Assembly (NCBI GenBank): GCA_934796165.1
Contig: CAKVOU010000006.1
Span: 4,119 to 68,118 of the forward strand
DNA from: an uncultured Eubacteriales bacterium
GTDB taxonomy: Bacteria > Bacillota > Clostridia > Oscillospirales > CAG-272
Length of the DNA: 64,000 bases
Direction of reading: 5' to 3'
The notes under the pieces are model-generated. The model was not told where the DNA came from and made no database searches. It was given only the letters and a program-made list of their open reading frames with translations. Both the position numbers and the translations under genes were made by a program. Shown here piece by piece: positions 7,596 to 15,633 of the stretch (position 1 is its first letter; the number at the start of each line of letters is the position of its first letter).

Positions 7596-9485
7596 TCAGA
7601 TACGGAGCGCCCGCATCGCGTTGAGGATGGCGAGCACCAGCACGCCGACGTCCGCAAAAATCGCAAGCGTCATGGGGATCCCCACCACGGCACACATGAT
7701 CAGCACAACAAACTTGACCGCCAGCGAGAACACGATGTTCTCTCTGACAATCCGGAGCGTCTTGCGCGCAATCCGGATCGCTTCGGCAAGCTTGGACGGC
7801 TTGTCGTCCATCAGCACCACGTCCGCCGCTTCAATCGCCGCGTCCGAACCGAATGCACCCATTGCCACGCCGACATCCGCGCGGGTCAGGACAGGGGCGT
7901 CGTTGATGCCGTCGCCGACAAAGGCAAGCGTGGATTTCGCGGGCTTCTCCGAAAGCAGGCGCTCCACCTCCGCCACCTTCCCTGCGGGCAGAAGCTCCGA
8001 GCGCACCTCGTCGATACCGAGCTCTGCCGCAACCGCGTCGGCAACCGCGCGGCGGTCGCCCGTCAGCATGACGGTCTTCCCGACACCGGACTGCTTCAGG
8101 TCGCGGATCGCCTCTTTGGCGTCCTCCTTCGGCTCGTCGGAAATAACGATCTCTCCAAGATAGTTGCCGTCTTCGGCAAGGTACACGACCGTACCGATCG
8201 CGTCGGCATCGGGATGCGTAATCCCCGCTTCGTCGAGCAGCTTTCCGTTGCCGACAAGTACGACAAGTCCGTCCACAACGGCGCGGATTCCTCTGCCGGA
8301 CAGCTCCTCCACGGAGGATACCCGGGAACGGTCAGGCTCTTTGCCGTATGCCTCGGTCAAGGATCTTGCCACGGGGTGATCCGATGCGTATTCCGCGTGT
8401 GCGGCAAGCTCCAGAAGCCGGTCGGCTTCCACGCCGTCCGCGGGTTTGACCCCGGTCACGCGGAAGTTGCCCTTGGTCAGGGTACCCGTCTTGTCAAAGA
8501 CCACCGTATGGCAGTCGGCAAGCGCTTCCATGTAGTTGGAGCCTTTTACGAGAATTCCCTTGCGCGACGCGCCGCCGATGCCTCCGAAGAAGGACAAGGG
8601 AACCGAGATGACCAGTGCACAGGGACAGGAGATCACCAAAAATTCCAGTGCGCGGAACACCCATTTCCCGAAATCAAAGGAGCCGGAGACCAGCGGCGGG
8701 ACTACCGCAAGCACCACGGCGCCGATGACCACGGCGGGGGTGTACCAATGCGCGAACCGCGTGATGAAGTTTTCGGAGCGGGACTTGTTCTCGCCCGCGC
8801 TCTCCACGAGTGCAAGAATCTTGGAAACCGTCGATTCGCCAAACGGCTTGGTCACCCGGATCCGGATAAGACCCGACTGATTGATGCAGCCGCTGATGAC
8901 ATCGTCGCCCACCGTCACGTCACGCGGAACCGATTCGCCCGTCAGGGCAACCGTGTTGAGGGACGACTGCCCTTCGATCACGGTGCCGTCAAGCGGAATC
9001 TTTTCGCCCGGCTTGACCAGAAGGATCTCGCCGACCGCCACCTCATCCGGTGCGACCGTCAGGACCTCGCCGTTCCGCTCCACATTCGCGCTGTCGGGAC
9101 GGATGTCCATGAGCGACGAAATGGACTTGCGGCTCTTGCCGACGGCAATGCTCTCAAACAGTTCGCCGATCTGATAGAAGAGCATGACAAATACCGCCTC
9201 GGCGTATTCCGGTTCCGCGTCGGGCAGAAAGCCGATGCAGAGCGCGCCGATGGTGGCGATTGCCATGAGAAAGTTTTCATCGAAGATCTGCCCGTGCGCA
9301 ATGTTGATCCCCGCCTTGCGGAGCACCTGCCAGCCGACGATAAAGTACGGCACGAGGTAGATCGGCATGACGATGTACCACGCAAGCCCCGCGAGCACGC
9401 CGAGCTTGTCGAGCAGCACCGCGACGCCGAGCAGCACCGCCGCGACGACAATGCGGACGAGCGCTTTTTTCTGTTTTTTTGTCAT
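7596..9485 (-). CDS. Heavy-metal translocating P1B-type ATPase (CadA/ZntA-like), lacking an N-terminal metal-binding domain
   Basis: 629 aa. CPC motif (LVISCPCALVIS), phosphorylation site DKTGTLT and hinge GDGINDAP. Confidence 0.9.
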   Translation of the reverse strand: MTKKQKKALVRIVVAAVLLGVAVLLDKLGVLAGLAWYIVMPIYLVPYFIVGWQVLRKAGINIAHGQIFDENFLMAIATIGALCIGFLPDAEPEYAEAVFVMLFYQIGELFESIAVGKSRKSISSLMDIRPDSANVERNGEVLTVAPDEVAVGEILLVKPGEKIPLDGTVIEGQSSLNTVALTGESVPRDVTVGDDVISGCINQSGLIRIRVTKPFGESTVSKILALVESAGENKSRSENFITRFAHWYTPAVVIGAVVLAVVPPLVSGSFDFGKWVFRALEFLVISCPCALVISVPLSFFGGIGGASRKGILVKGSNYMEALADCHTVVFDKTGTLTKGNFRVTGVKPADGVEADRLLELAAHAEYASDHPVARSLTEAYGKEPDRSRVSSVEELSGRGIRAVVDGLVVLVGNGKLLDEAGITHPDADAIGTVVYLAEDGNYLGEIVISDEPKEDAKEAIRDLKQSGVGKTVMLTGDRRAVADAVAAELGIDEVRSELLPAGKVAEVERLLSEKPAKSTLAFVGDGINDAPVLTRADVGVAMGAFGSDAAIEAADVVLMDDKPSKLAEAIRIARKTLRIVRENIVFSLAVKFVVLIMCAVVGIPMTLAIFADVGVLVLAILNAMRALRI

Positions 9486-9494
9486 AACCGAAGC

Positions 9495-9716
9495 TCACAC
9501 TCCCTTGATGGTGCAGTCCGGTTCCACCTTGCGGCAGACCTTGACGACCTGTTTCATAACCTTGTCAAATTCTTCGTCAGTCGCCTCCACCGTCATTTTC
9601 TGCGTCATGTACACGACCGACGCGTCGGTAACACCGTCGATTTTTTTGATGGCTTCCTCCATCTTTCCGGCGCATACCGCGCAATCCAGGTCTTCCAGTT
9701 CAAACGTTTTTCTCAT
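9495..9716 (-). CDS. Stand-alone heavy-metal-associated (HMA) domain protein
   Basis: 73 aa with a DCAVCAGKME CxxC motif. It lies 9 nt upstream of the ATPase. Confidence 0.8.
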   Translation of the reverse strand: MRKTFELEDLDCAVCAGKMEEAIKKIDGVTDASVVYMTQKMTVEATDEEFDKVMKQVVKVCRKVEPDCTIKGV

Positions 9717-9783
9717 GGGAACATCCTTTCTCCGGCGCCGGTCGTGCGGTCCGTCGGTTTGAAATCAGATTGGGAGCGCGCCG

Positions 9784-10182
9784 TCACTCGTTGACGTGAT
9801 CCATGCCCTGCCCGATGATGGTTCTGACGTGATCGTCCGCAAGCGCGTAGAACACGGTCTTACCATCCCGTCTGGAGCGTACCAGATCCGCCGCCTTGAG
9901 CACGCGGAGCTGATGGGAGATCGCCGAAACGGTCATACCGAGCAGTCCCGCGATGTCGCAGACGCACATTTCGGAGGCAAAGAGGACATACAGAATCCGG
10001 ATCCGGGTGCTGTCGCCGAAGACGCGGAACAGCTCCGACAGACGGAAGAGCGTTTCCTCCTCCGGCATGATGTTCCGTACCTGCTCGACCGTCGCTTCGT
10101 GCGCGTGCATGAATTCGGGATTCTTTTCGGGAACGGAACCGGTGTTTCCGGTCTTTTCCGTCGTGCATTCGGAATCGTGCAT
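9784..10182 (-). CDS. ArsR/SmtB-family metalloregulator (CadC-like)
   Basis: wHTH segment STRIRILYVLFASEMCVCDIAGLLGMTVSAISHQLRVLK containing a CVC metal site. GGAGGGAG RBS. Confidence 0.85.
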   Translation of the reverse strand: MHDSECTTEKTGNTGSVPEKNPEFMHAHEATVEQVRNIMPEEETLFRLSELFRVFGDSTRIRILYVLFASEMCVCDIAGLLGMTVSAISHQLRVLKAADLVRSRRDGKTVFYALADDHVRTIIGQGMDHVNE

Positions 10183-10201
10183 TTATCTCCCTCCGTTTCA
10201 A

Positions 10202-10225
10202 TTGAACATTTGAATTGTTGTTCAA
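10202..10225. promoter_or_regulatory. Candidate ArsR/CadC operator (inverted repeat between the -10 and the RBS)
   Basis: TTGAACA (10202-10208), N10, TGTTCAA (10219-10225). This is a perfect 7-bp inverted repeat immediately downstream of the promoter. Confidence 0.55.
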
Positions 10226-10233
10226 CTGTTTGC

Positions 10234-10262
10234 AGTATAGCACTGACTGCTTTGCTTGTCAA
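10234..10262 (-). promoter_or_regulatory. Sigma-A-type promoter of the ArsR-HMA-ATPase operon
   Basis: Minus strand: TTGACA (10262-10257), 17 nt spacer, TATACT (10239-10234). Confidence 0.7.
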
Positions 10263-10367
10263 TAGGTTTTCTGAAAATCTTTGAAAAAACGTGCGAAAAT
10301 ATGCGGGTCGTATCGCCGCATCCGGCGTGCCACCTCTTTCACCCCTTTGCGGAAACTTTCTGCCGGA

Positions 10368-10403
10368 TACAAAAAGCCGCCGCGCCGGATGGCGCGGCGG
10401 CTG
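10368..10403 (-). terminator. Rho-independent terminator after TrpB2
   Basis: Hairpin AGCCGCCGCGCC-GGAT-GGCGCGGCGGCT, followed by TTTTTG on the minus strand. Confidence 0.8.
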
Positions 10404-10411
10404 TATTCTTT

Positions 10412-11788
10412 TTACCCATTTACCCGGGGAAGTTTTGCGAAACTCGCGGCAAGCTCTTCATCCGAGGGGATATAATCCGTCATCGTGCCGTTGTTGAACT
10501 TCTCGTAGGCAACCATGTCAAAGTAACCGGTGCCGGTCAGCCCGAAGACAATGGTCTTCTCCTCCCCCGTCTCTTTACACTTCATCGCCTCGTCAATCGC
10601 TCCGCGGATTGCGTGACTGGACTCGGGCGCAGGAAGGATCCCCTCGACCCGGGCAAACAGCTCCGCCGCCTCAAACACCGAGGTCTGCTCGACCGCGCGC
10701 GCTTCGAGAATGCCTTCTTCATGAAGCTGGGAAAGCACCGTGTTCATGCCGTGGTACCGGAGTCCGCCTGCGTGGTTCGCCGACGGGATGTATTCAGAAC
10801 CGAGCGTATACATTTTGGCAAGCGGGCAAACGTGTCCCGTATCACAGAAATCATAGGCGAATTTGCCGCGGGTCAGGCTGGGACAGGACGCTGGCTCCAC
10901 CGCGATAAAGCGGTACTTTGCTTTTCCGCGGAGCTGTTCGCCGACAAACGGAGAGATCAGTCCGCCGAGGTTGGAGCCGCCGCCCGCGCAACCGATGATG
11001 ATATCCGGCTTGACTCCGTATTTATCAAGCGCGGTCTTGGTCTCCAGTCCGATCACCGACTGGTGCAGAAGCACCTGATTGAGCACACTGCCGAGCACAT
11101 AGCGGTATCCCTCATGGGTGAGAGCGGATTCCACCGCCTCGGAGATCGCACAACCGAGCGAGCCGGTCGTTCCGGGGAACTGCGAGAGGATCTTCTTGCC
11201 GATTTCGGTCGTCATAGAGGGGGAGGGAGTCACGTCCGCACCGTAGGTCCGCATGACCTCGCGGCGGAACGGCTTCTGCTCATAGGAACACTTGACCATG
11301 AAGACCTTGCAGTCAAGTCCCAGGTATGCACACGCCATGGAGAGCGCCGTGCCCCACTGCCCTGCGCCAGTTTCGGTCGTCACACCGGTAAGCCCCTGCC
11401 GCTTGGCGTAATATGCCTGTGCGATGGCGGAATTGAGCTTATGGCTGCCGCTCGTGTTGTTGCCTTCAAATTTGTAATAAATCTTCGCCGGGGTGTCCAG
11501 CTTCTTTTCCAGGCAGTACGCGCGCACCAGGGGGGACGGGCGATACATCTTGTAGAAGTCGCGGATTTCGTCCGGAATGTCGATATACGGCGTGGTATCG
11601 TCCAGCTCCTGACGGATGAGGTCGTCGCAGAATACGGGACGGAGGTCGTCAAAGGTGACCGGCTTGCCGGTTGCAGGGTTCAGAAGCGGCGCGGGCTTTT
11701 TCTTCATATCTGCCCGCATGTTGTACCATCTGCGCGGCATCTCTTCTTCCGAGAGGTAGATTTTGTAGGGGATCTGCTGTTTTTCCAT
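10412..11788 (-). CDS. TrpB-like PLP-dependent enzyme (tryptophan synthase beta, TrpB2 type)
   Basis: 458 aa. The long N-terminus MEKQQIPYKIYLSEEEMPRRWYN is typical of TrpB2. PLP-lysine context SGSHKLNSA and glycine loop GCAGGGSNLGG. Confidence 0.85.
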   Translation of the reverse strand: MEKQQIPYKIYLSEEEMPRRWYNMRADMKKKPAPLLNPATGKPVTFDDLRPVFCDDLIRQELDDTTPYIDIPDEIRDFYKMYRPSPLVRAYCLEKKLDTPAKIYYKFEGNNTSGSHKLNSAIAQAYYAKRQGLTGVTTETGAGQWGTALSMACAYLGLDCKVFMVKCSYEQKPFRREVMRTYGADVTPSPSMTTEIGKKILSQFPGTTGSLGCAISEAVESALTHEGYRYVLGSVLNQVLLHQSVIGLETKTALDKYGVKPDIIIGCAGGGSNLGGLISPFVGEQLRGKAKYRFIAVEPASCPSLTRGKFAYDFCDTGHVCPLAKMYTLGSEYIPSANHAGGLRYHGMNTVLSQLHEEGILEARAVEQTSVFEAAELFARVEGILPAPESSHAIRGAIDEAMKCKETGEEKTIVFGLTGTGYFDMVAYEKFNNGTMTDYIPSDEELAASFAKLPRVNG

Positions 11789-11814
11789 GATATTACTCCT
11801 TTCCGGTTCTTCGT

Positions 11815-12118
11815 AGTCTTGTCAGCGGGAGAGGGAAAGAACGAAAAAAGCCCCCGTCCCGTGCTGTTTGCCGGGACAAGAGCTGAACATTCAGATCTCC
11901 TGCGGTGCCACCCTGCTTGACGCTTACGCGTCCGCCTTTTCATGTACCACTCTGATACACAGACCTTTTTTAACGAAGCGCCCACTCCGTCTTGCCTACC
12001 GTTTCCGGTTCGGTTCGCCCTCGGAAGCCCATTCAAAACCGTTTCCCGTACCGCGATCCCACCACCCGCGGCTCTCTGTGACGTTCCGTCAGTCTCTACT
12101 TACTCTTCCTCATCGGTT
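11815..12118 (-). promoter_or_regulatory. T-box riboswitch leader, tRNA-Trp specific (UGG specifier), controlling the TrpB2 gene
   Basis: Read on the minus strand. Stem-I base GAUGAGGAAGAGUA. AG-bulge/distal motifs CAGAGAGCC...GGGUGGUGGGA. Specifier loop GAAUGGG (UGG = plus-strand 12031-12029). T-box sequence AGGGUGGCACCGCAGG (11914-11899). A 12-bp terminator hairpin (11883-11850) is followed by UUUUUU (11849-11844). Confidence 0.8.
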
Positions 12119-12124
12119 TTTTGT

Positions 12125-12153
12125 ATTATAGCATATTCCTTTCCGCCCGTCAA
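12125..12153 (-). promoter_or_regulatory. Sigma-A-type promoter for the T-box/TrpB2 unit
   Basis: Minus strand: TTGACG (12153-12148), 17 nt spacer, TATAAT (12130-12125), with an upstream TGc extended -10. Confidence 0.7.
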
Positions 12154-12206
12154 TGTGCATATCCCACAAAATTCCATTTGATTTTTGAAAAATCTCACAA
12201 AATTTC

Positions 12207-12235
12207 TTGACAAGCGCGACACGTCGGCGTATAAT
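12207..12235 (+). promoter_or_regulatory. Sigma-A-type promoter for the AbrB-like/ABC-2 operon
   Basis: TTGACA (12207-12212), 17 nt spacer, TATAAT (12230-12235). Confidence 0.7.
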
Positions 12236-12275
12236 AATTCTGACAAGTTGGAAAAGTTGGAAAGGTGGGATAACC

Positions 12276-12590
12276 ATGATTACAGATCCGAAGCAAGCCG
12301 GAAAATATATTTTCGGCGTTGTCAGGTTAAGCGACAAGGGGCAGATCGTGATTCCCAAGGAGGCAAGAGAGGTGTTCGGGCTGAAGCCGGGCGACTCCAT
12401 GCTGCTCTTCGGGGACATCAACCAGGGGCTGGCGCTCTGCAAGACAGAGGTGTTCCAGCCGTTTGCGGAACGCATCTTCCAGAGCAGGGGGACGGAGGAG
12501 CCGGGAAACGGCGGCAAAACAGACGAGAACAGTGAAGACACCCAAAGCGACAGAATAAGCGGAGGCGACACGGATGGAAGCATTGACTGA
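12276..12590 (+). CDS. AbrB/MazE/SpoVT-family DNA-binding domain protein
   Basis: SpoVT-AbrB motif RLSDKGQIVIPKEAREVFGLKPGD. The start at 12276 follows the promoter at 12207-12235 and a GGTGGGA RBS. Confidence 0.75.
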   Translation: MITDPKQAGKYIFGVVRLSDKGQIVIPKEAREVFGLKPGDSMLLFGDINQGLALCKTEVFQPFAERIFQSRGTEEPGNGGKTDENSEDTQSDRISGGDTDGSID

Positions 12591-13314
12591 CGCGATCGTC
12601 ATCAAGGGGCTTTGTAAGCGCTACGGCGGGCGCGAAGCGGTCAGAGGGCTGGACCTGAGTGTGCATCGCGGGGAGCTCTTTTCCCTGCTCGGCGTCAACG
12701 GTGCGGGCAAAACGACCACGGTACGGATGCTGTCCGGTCTGATCGCTCCCACGGCGGGAGACGCATGGATTGAGGGGCACAGTATCCGCACGGAGAGCGA
12801 AGCGGTCAAAAAGATCATCGGCATCTCCATGCAGGAAACTGCGGTCGCGGAAAAGCTGACGGTATTCGAAAATCTCGTGTTCATGGCGCGGATCGCGGGG
12901 GAGGACAAAAAAACGGCAAAGGCGCACGCCATGAAGCTGGCGGAACGGTTCGGGCTGACGGGGCACCTCAAAAACGCGGCGAAAACGCTGTCCGGAGGAC
13001 TTATGCGCCGCCTGTCCATCGCCATGGCGCTCATTTCCGACCCCGAAGTGCTGTTCCTCGACGAGCCGACGCTCGGGCTTGACGTGCTTGCCCGGCGCGA
13101 GCTGTGGGACGTCATTTCTTCCCTGCACGGGCGCGTCACCGTCATTCTGACGACGCATTACATGGAAGAAGCGGAGGAGCTGTCCGACCGGATCGGGATC
13201 CTCGCAGACGGAAAGCTCACCGCGCTCGGCACGGCGGAAGAGCTCAGGGCGCGTGCCGGCAAGGACCGTTTTGAGGACGCGTTTGTCGCATATGTGAGAG
13301 GGGAGGTGCACTGA
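12574..13314 (+). CDS. ABC transporter ATP-binding protein (ABC-2 exporter type)
   Basis: Walker A GVNGAGKTT, signature LSGGLMRRL, Walker B LFLDEPTLGLD. Confidence 0.9.
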   Translation: MEALTDAIVIKGLCKRYGGREAVRGLDLSVHRGELFSLLGVNGAGKTTTVRMLSGLIAPTAGDAWIEGHSIRTESEAVKKIIGISMQETAVAEKLTVFENLVFMARIAGEDKKTAKAHAMKLAERFGLTGHLKNAAKTLSGGLMRRLSIAMALISDPEVLFLDEPTLGLDVLARRELWDVISSLHGRVTVILTTHYMEEAEELSDRIGILADGKLTALGTAEELRARAGKDRFEDAFVAYVRGEVH

Positions 13315-13315
13315 C

Positions 13316-14152
13316 GTGCGTGCATTGATTTTTGCAAAAAGAAATCTCAGGGAAATTTTGCGCTCGCCGCTCAGTTACATCTTCTGTGTGGGATTTCCCG
13401 TCGTCATGCTTCTGATCTTTCAGATCATTTCCCGGTATACCCGTCAGGCATACTGGTTTGAGGTATACCGTCTTGCGCCGGGGATCTGCGTGTTCTCCTT
13501 TCTGTTTGTGACGCTCTTCATGGCGCTTCTCGTATCGCATGATCGCGCGTCGGCGTTTCTCACGCGTCTGTATACCACGCGCATGACCACGGCAGATTAC
13601 CTGCTCGGGTATGCGATTCCCGGTACCGTCATCGGACTTGCGCAGGTCGTCCTCTGTTATCTGACCTCACTGATCCTGCTCCTCACAAGCGGCAGCAGCC
13701 TCGGCACCGGAGGGATTACCGGCGTATGGGGTTGCGGATACGACGAATTCGGGCAGATGCTGACGCGGGAGATGACACTCTCCTACGGAAATATTCTTCT
13801 GTCCTTCCTTGTCTGTCTGCCGATGATTCTTTTCTGCGTCATGCTGGGGATTTTCATCGGAACCGGGCTGAACGAAAACGCCGCGCCGGGAGTATCCTCT
13901 GCGATTCTGTCGGGAGGCGGACTGATCAGCGGTGCGTGGATGCCGCTTGAGACCATGGGGAACTTTGAGACCATCTGCCGCTTCCTTCCCTTCTATCCGG
14001 CGGTAGACCTCGGAAGGCTGGTGCTCGCGGGGGAAGAATTGACATGGGAGCGGTTCGGGTCGGAGCTTCTGACCGTCTTTCTGTATCTGATTGCGGCGAC
14101 GTTTGCGGCGATGTTGCTCTTCCGGCACAAGATGAGGAACTGCGACAAATGA
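13316..14152 (+). CDS. ABC-2 type transporter permease
   Basis: 278 aa with about 6 TM helices. GTG start 1 nt after the ATPase stop. Confidence 0.75.
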   Translation: MRALIFAKRNLREILRSPLSYIFCVGFPVVMLLIFQIISRYTRQAYWFEVYRLAPGICVFSFLFVTLFMALLVSHDRASAFLTRLYTTRMTTADYLLGYAIPGTVIGLAQVVLCYLTSLILLLTSGSSLGTGGITGVWGCGYDEFGQMLTREMTLSYGNILLSFLVCLPMILFCVMLGIFIGTGLNENAAPGVSSAILSGGGLISGAWMPLETMGNFETICRFLPFYPAVDLGRLVLAGEELTWERFGSELLTVFLYLIAATFAAMLLFRHKMRNCDK

Positions 14153-15294
14153 AGCAGAAAAAAGAACGTTTACATCAGGCATCTGCCCGGACGAAGAACG
14201 GCACGGGCGGGAACCACACGGTTACGGTTTCCGGCGCGGCGATTCCCGGCGCGGCAACTTCCGGCGTGGCGATTCCCGGCGCGGCAACTTCCGGCGTGGC
14301 GATTCCCGGCGCGGCAACTTCCGGCGCGGCGATTCCCGGTGCGGCGATTCCCGGTGCGGCAACCTCCGGCGCGGCGACTTCCGATGCAACGACCTCCGAT
14401 ACGTCGGCTTCCGGTACGGCGATTCCCGGCGCGACGACCTCCGATGCAACGACCTCCGATACGTCGGCTTCCGGCACGGCGATTCCCGGCGCGACGACCT
14501 CCGATGCAACGACCTCCGATACGTCGGCTTCCGGTGCGGCGACTTCCGGCACAGTGGCTTCCCTGAAAATTCTTTACCGTGACGCGTATCTGCTCGTAGC
14601 GGAGAAACCGATCGGCATTCTTTCCGAAAAAAGCGCAGACGGCGGGGACATGATTTCGCTTCTGGAGAAGGAAACCGGCAGGCAGATCGGTTCGGTACAC
14701 CGGCTCGACCGCACGACCGGCGGGGCGATGCTCTTCTCCTGCGACCCGCGGGTCACGGGGAAGCTCTCCGAAGCCATTGCCGCGCACGACGGCACCTTTG
14801 AAAAGGAATATTTTGCGATCGCAGAGGGGATACCGTCGCCCGCCGCGGGGCGGATGGAAGATCTGCTCTTTCACGACCGGAGCCGGAACAAGGTGTTTGC
14901 CGTCAGCCGCGCGCGCAAGGGCGCAAAGCAGGCGGTTCTGGATTACCGGGTACTTGACAGCCGGGTGAATGACAAAGGATTCCCGCTTTCCCTCTGTCTG
15001 GTCACGCTCCGCACGGGGCGGACGCACCAGATCCGGGCACAGTTTGCCTCCCGCCGCTGCCCGCTCGCAGGAGACGGAAAATACGGCGGGCGGGACAACC
15101 GGAGTCCTGCGGCGGCGTTGTGGTCGTACCGTCTTTCGTTTGCACACCCCGTAACCGGAAAGCGGGTCGAGGTGTTCAGTTTCCCGCCCGAGGGCAGGTA
15201 CCCATGGAATCTGTGGGGCGATCTGCAAGCCCGGATACGGGGCGAAATGCAAAAGGGCGATATTTCCGAAGGCGCAGAGAAAGCGCGGGAATGA
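14149..15294 (+). CDS. RluA-family pseudouridine synthase with a ~135-aa repeat-encoded low-complexity N-terminal extension
   Basis: Catalytic core HRLDRTTGG and later GRTHQIRAQ. ATG 14149 overlaps the upstream stop and has GAGGAA 9 nt upstream. The N-terminus is built from SGxAIPGAAT and SDATTSDTSASGTAIPGATT repeats. Confidence 0.8.
   Translation: MKQKKERLHQASARTKNGTGGNHTVTVSGAAIPGAATSGVAIPGAATSGVAIPGAATSGAAIPGAAIPGAATSGAATSDATTSDTSASGTAIPGATTSDATTSDTSASGTAIPGATTSDATTSDTSASGAATSGTVASLKILYRDAYLLVAEKPIGILSEKSADGGDMISLLEKETGRQIGSVHRLDRTTGGAMLFSCDPRVTGKLSEAIAAHDGTFEKEYFAIAEGIPSPAAGRMEDLLFHDRSRNKVFAVSRARKGAKQAVLDYRVLDSRVNDKGFPLSLCLVTLRTGRTHQIRAQFASRRCPLAGDGKYGGRDNRSPAAALWSYRLSFAHPVTGKRVEVFSFPPEGRYPWNLWGDLQARIRGEMQKGDISEGAEKARE
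14220..14560 (+). repeat. In-frame tandem repeats (30-bp units, then 60-bp units) encoding the N-terminus of the RluA-family protein
   Basis: TCCGGCG(T/C)GGCGATTCCCGGCGCGGCAACT occurs about 3 times. GATGCAACGACCTCCGATACGTCGGCTTCCGG(T/C)ACGGCGATTCCCGGCGCGACGACCTCC occurs about 2.7 times, nearly perfect. All six frames are open across the region. Confidence 0.9.
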
Positions 15295-15324
15295 AATAAA
15301 GTGCGGTTACGCGCGGCAGACGAA

Positions 15325-15410
15325 GGCGTCCGGGCGAGGGGGCGGCGGAAGTCCGCTCCCCCGCGCAGATGTGCGGGGGACGGGCGGAAGTCGCCCCTCG
15401 CCCGGACGCC
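15325..15410. repeat. 86-bp palindromic intergenic element, family B, copy 1
   Basis: Outer 17-bp perfect inverted repeat GGCGTCCGGGCGAGGGG / CCCCTCGCCCGGACGCC. Inner cores GGGGGCGGCGGAAGTCCGC and CGGGCGGAAGTCGCCC. Central hairpin CCCCCGC-N8-GCGGGGG. Confidence 0.85.
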
Positions 15411-15579
15411 GGAAAGCAGAGGTATTCTTCTTGACTGTTACAAAAATAACCGTTGGGAAAGCAAAGGTTTTCACTCACCGGAAGCCGGACACCGCACGCA
15501 GCGGCACCGAAAACCGGAAACAAGCATTCAAGAAGCAAAAACTTTTTCCTCCCGCCGGGAACCGGAGCCATTATAACGG

Positions 15580-15617
15580 AAAAATCCCCGCACGCCAAAG
15601 GCGTGCGGGGATTTTGA
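15580..15617. terminator. Bidirectional terminator closing the carbohydrate locus (minus) and the rluA unit (plus)
   Basis: ATCCCCGCACGCC-AAA-GGCGTGCGGGGAT, flanked by A-run and T-run. Confidence 0.75.
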
Positions 15618-15633
15618 ATGCAGTCCGGCGGGA

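Noticed and set aside
7146-9794. 882-aa plus-strand ORF across the metal ATPase/HMA region
   Set aside because: It is antisense to a P1B-ATPase with canonical motifs. Its translation is Arg/His/Gly-rich with no recognisable motifs or RBS. This is the typical shadow ORF of GC-rich coding DNA.
12110-12583. 157-aa minus-strand ORF
   Set aside because: It overlaps the T-box promoter, the divergent promoter and the AbrB-like gene on the opposite strand. It has no RBS and no motifs.
14170-15252. 360-aa minus-strand ORF and several other frames open through the rluA repeat tract
   Set aside because: The open frames are a consequence of the stop-free GC-rich tandem repeats. Only the plus-strand frame continues into a recognisable RluA catalytic core.
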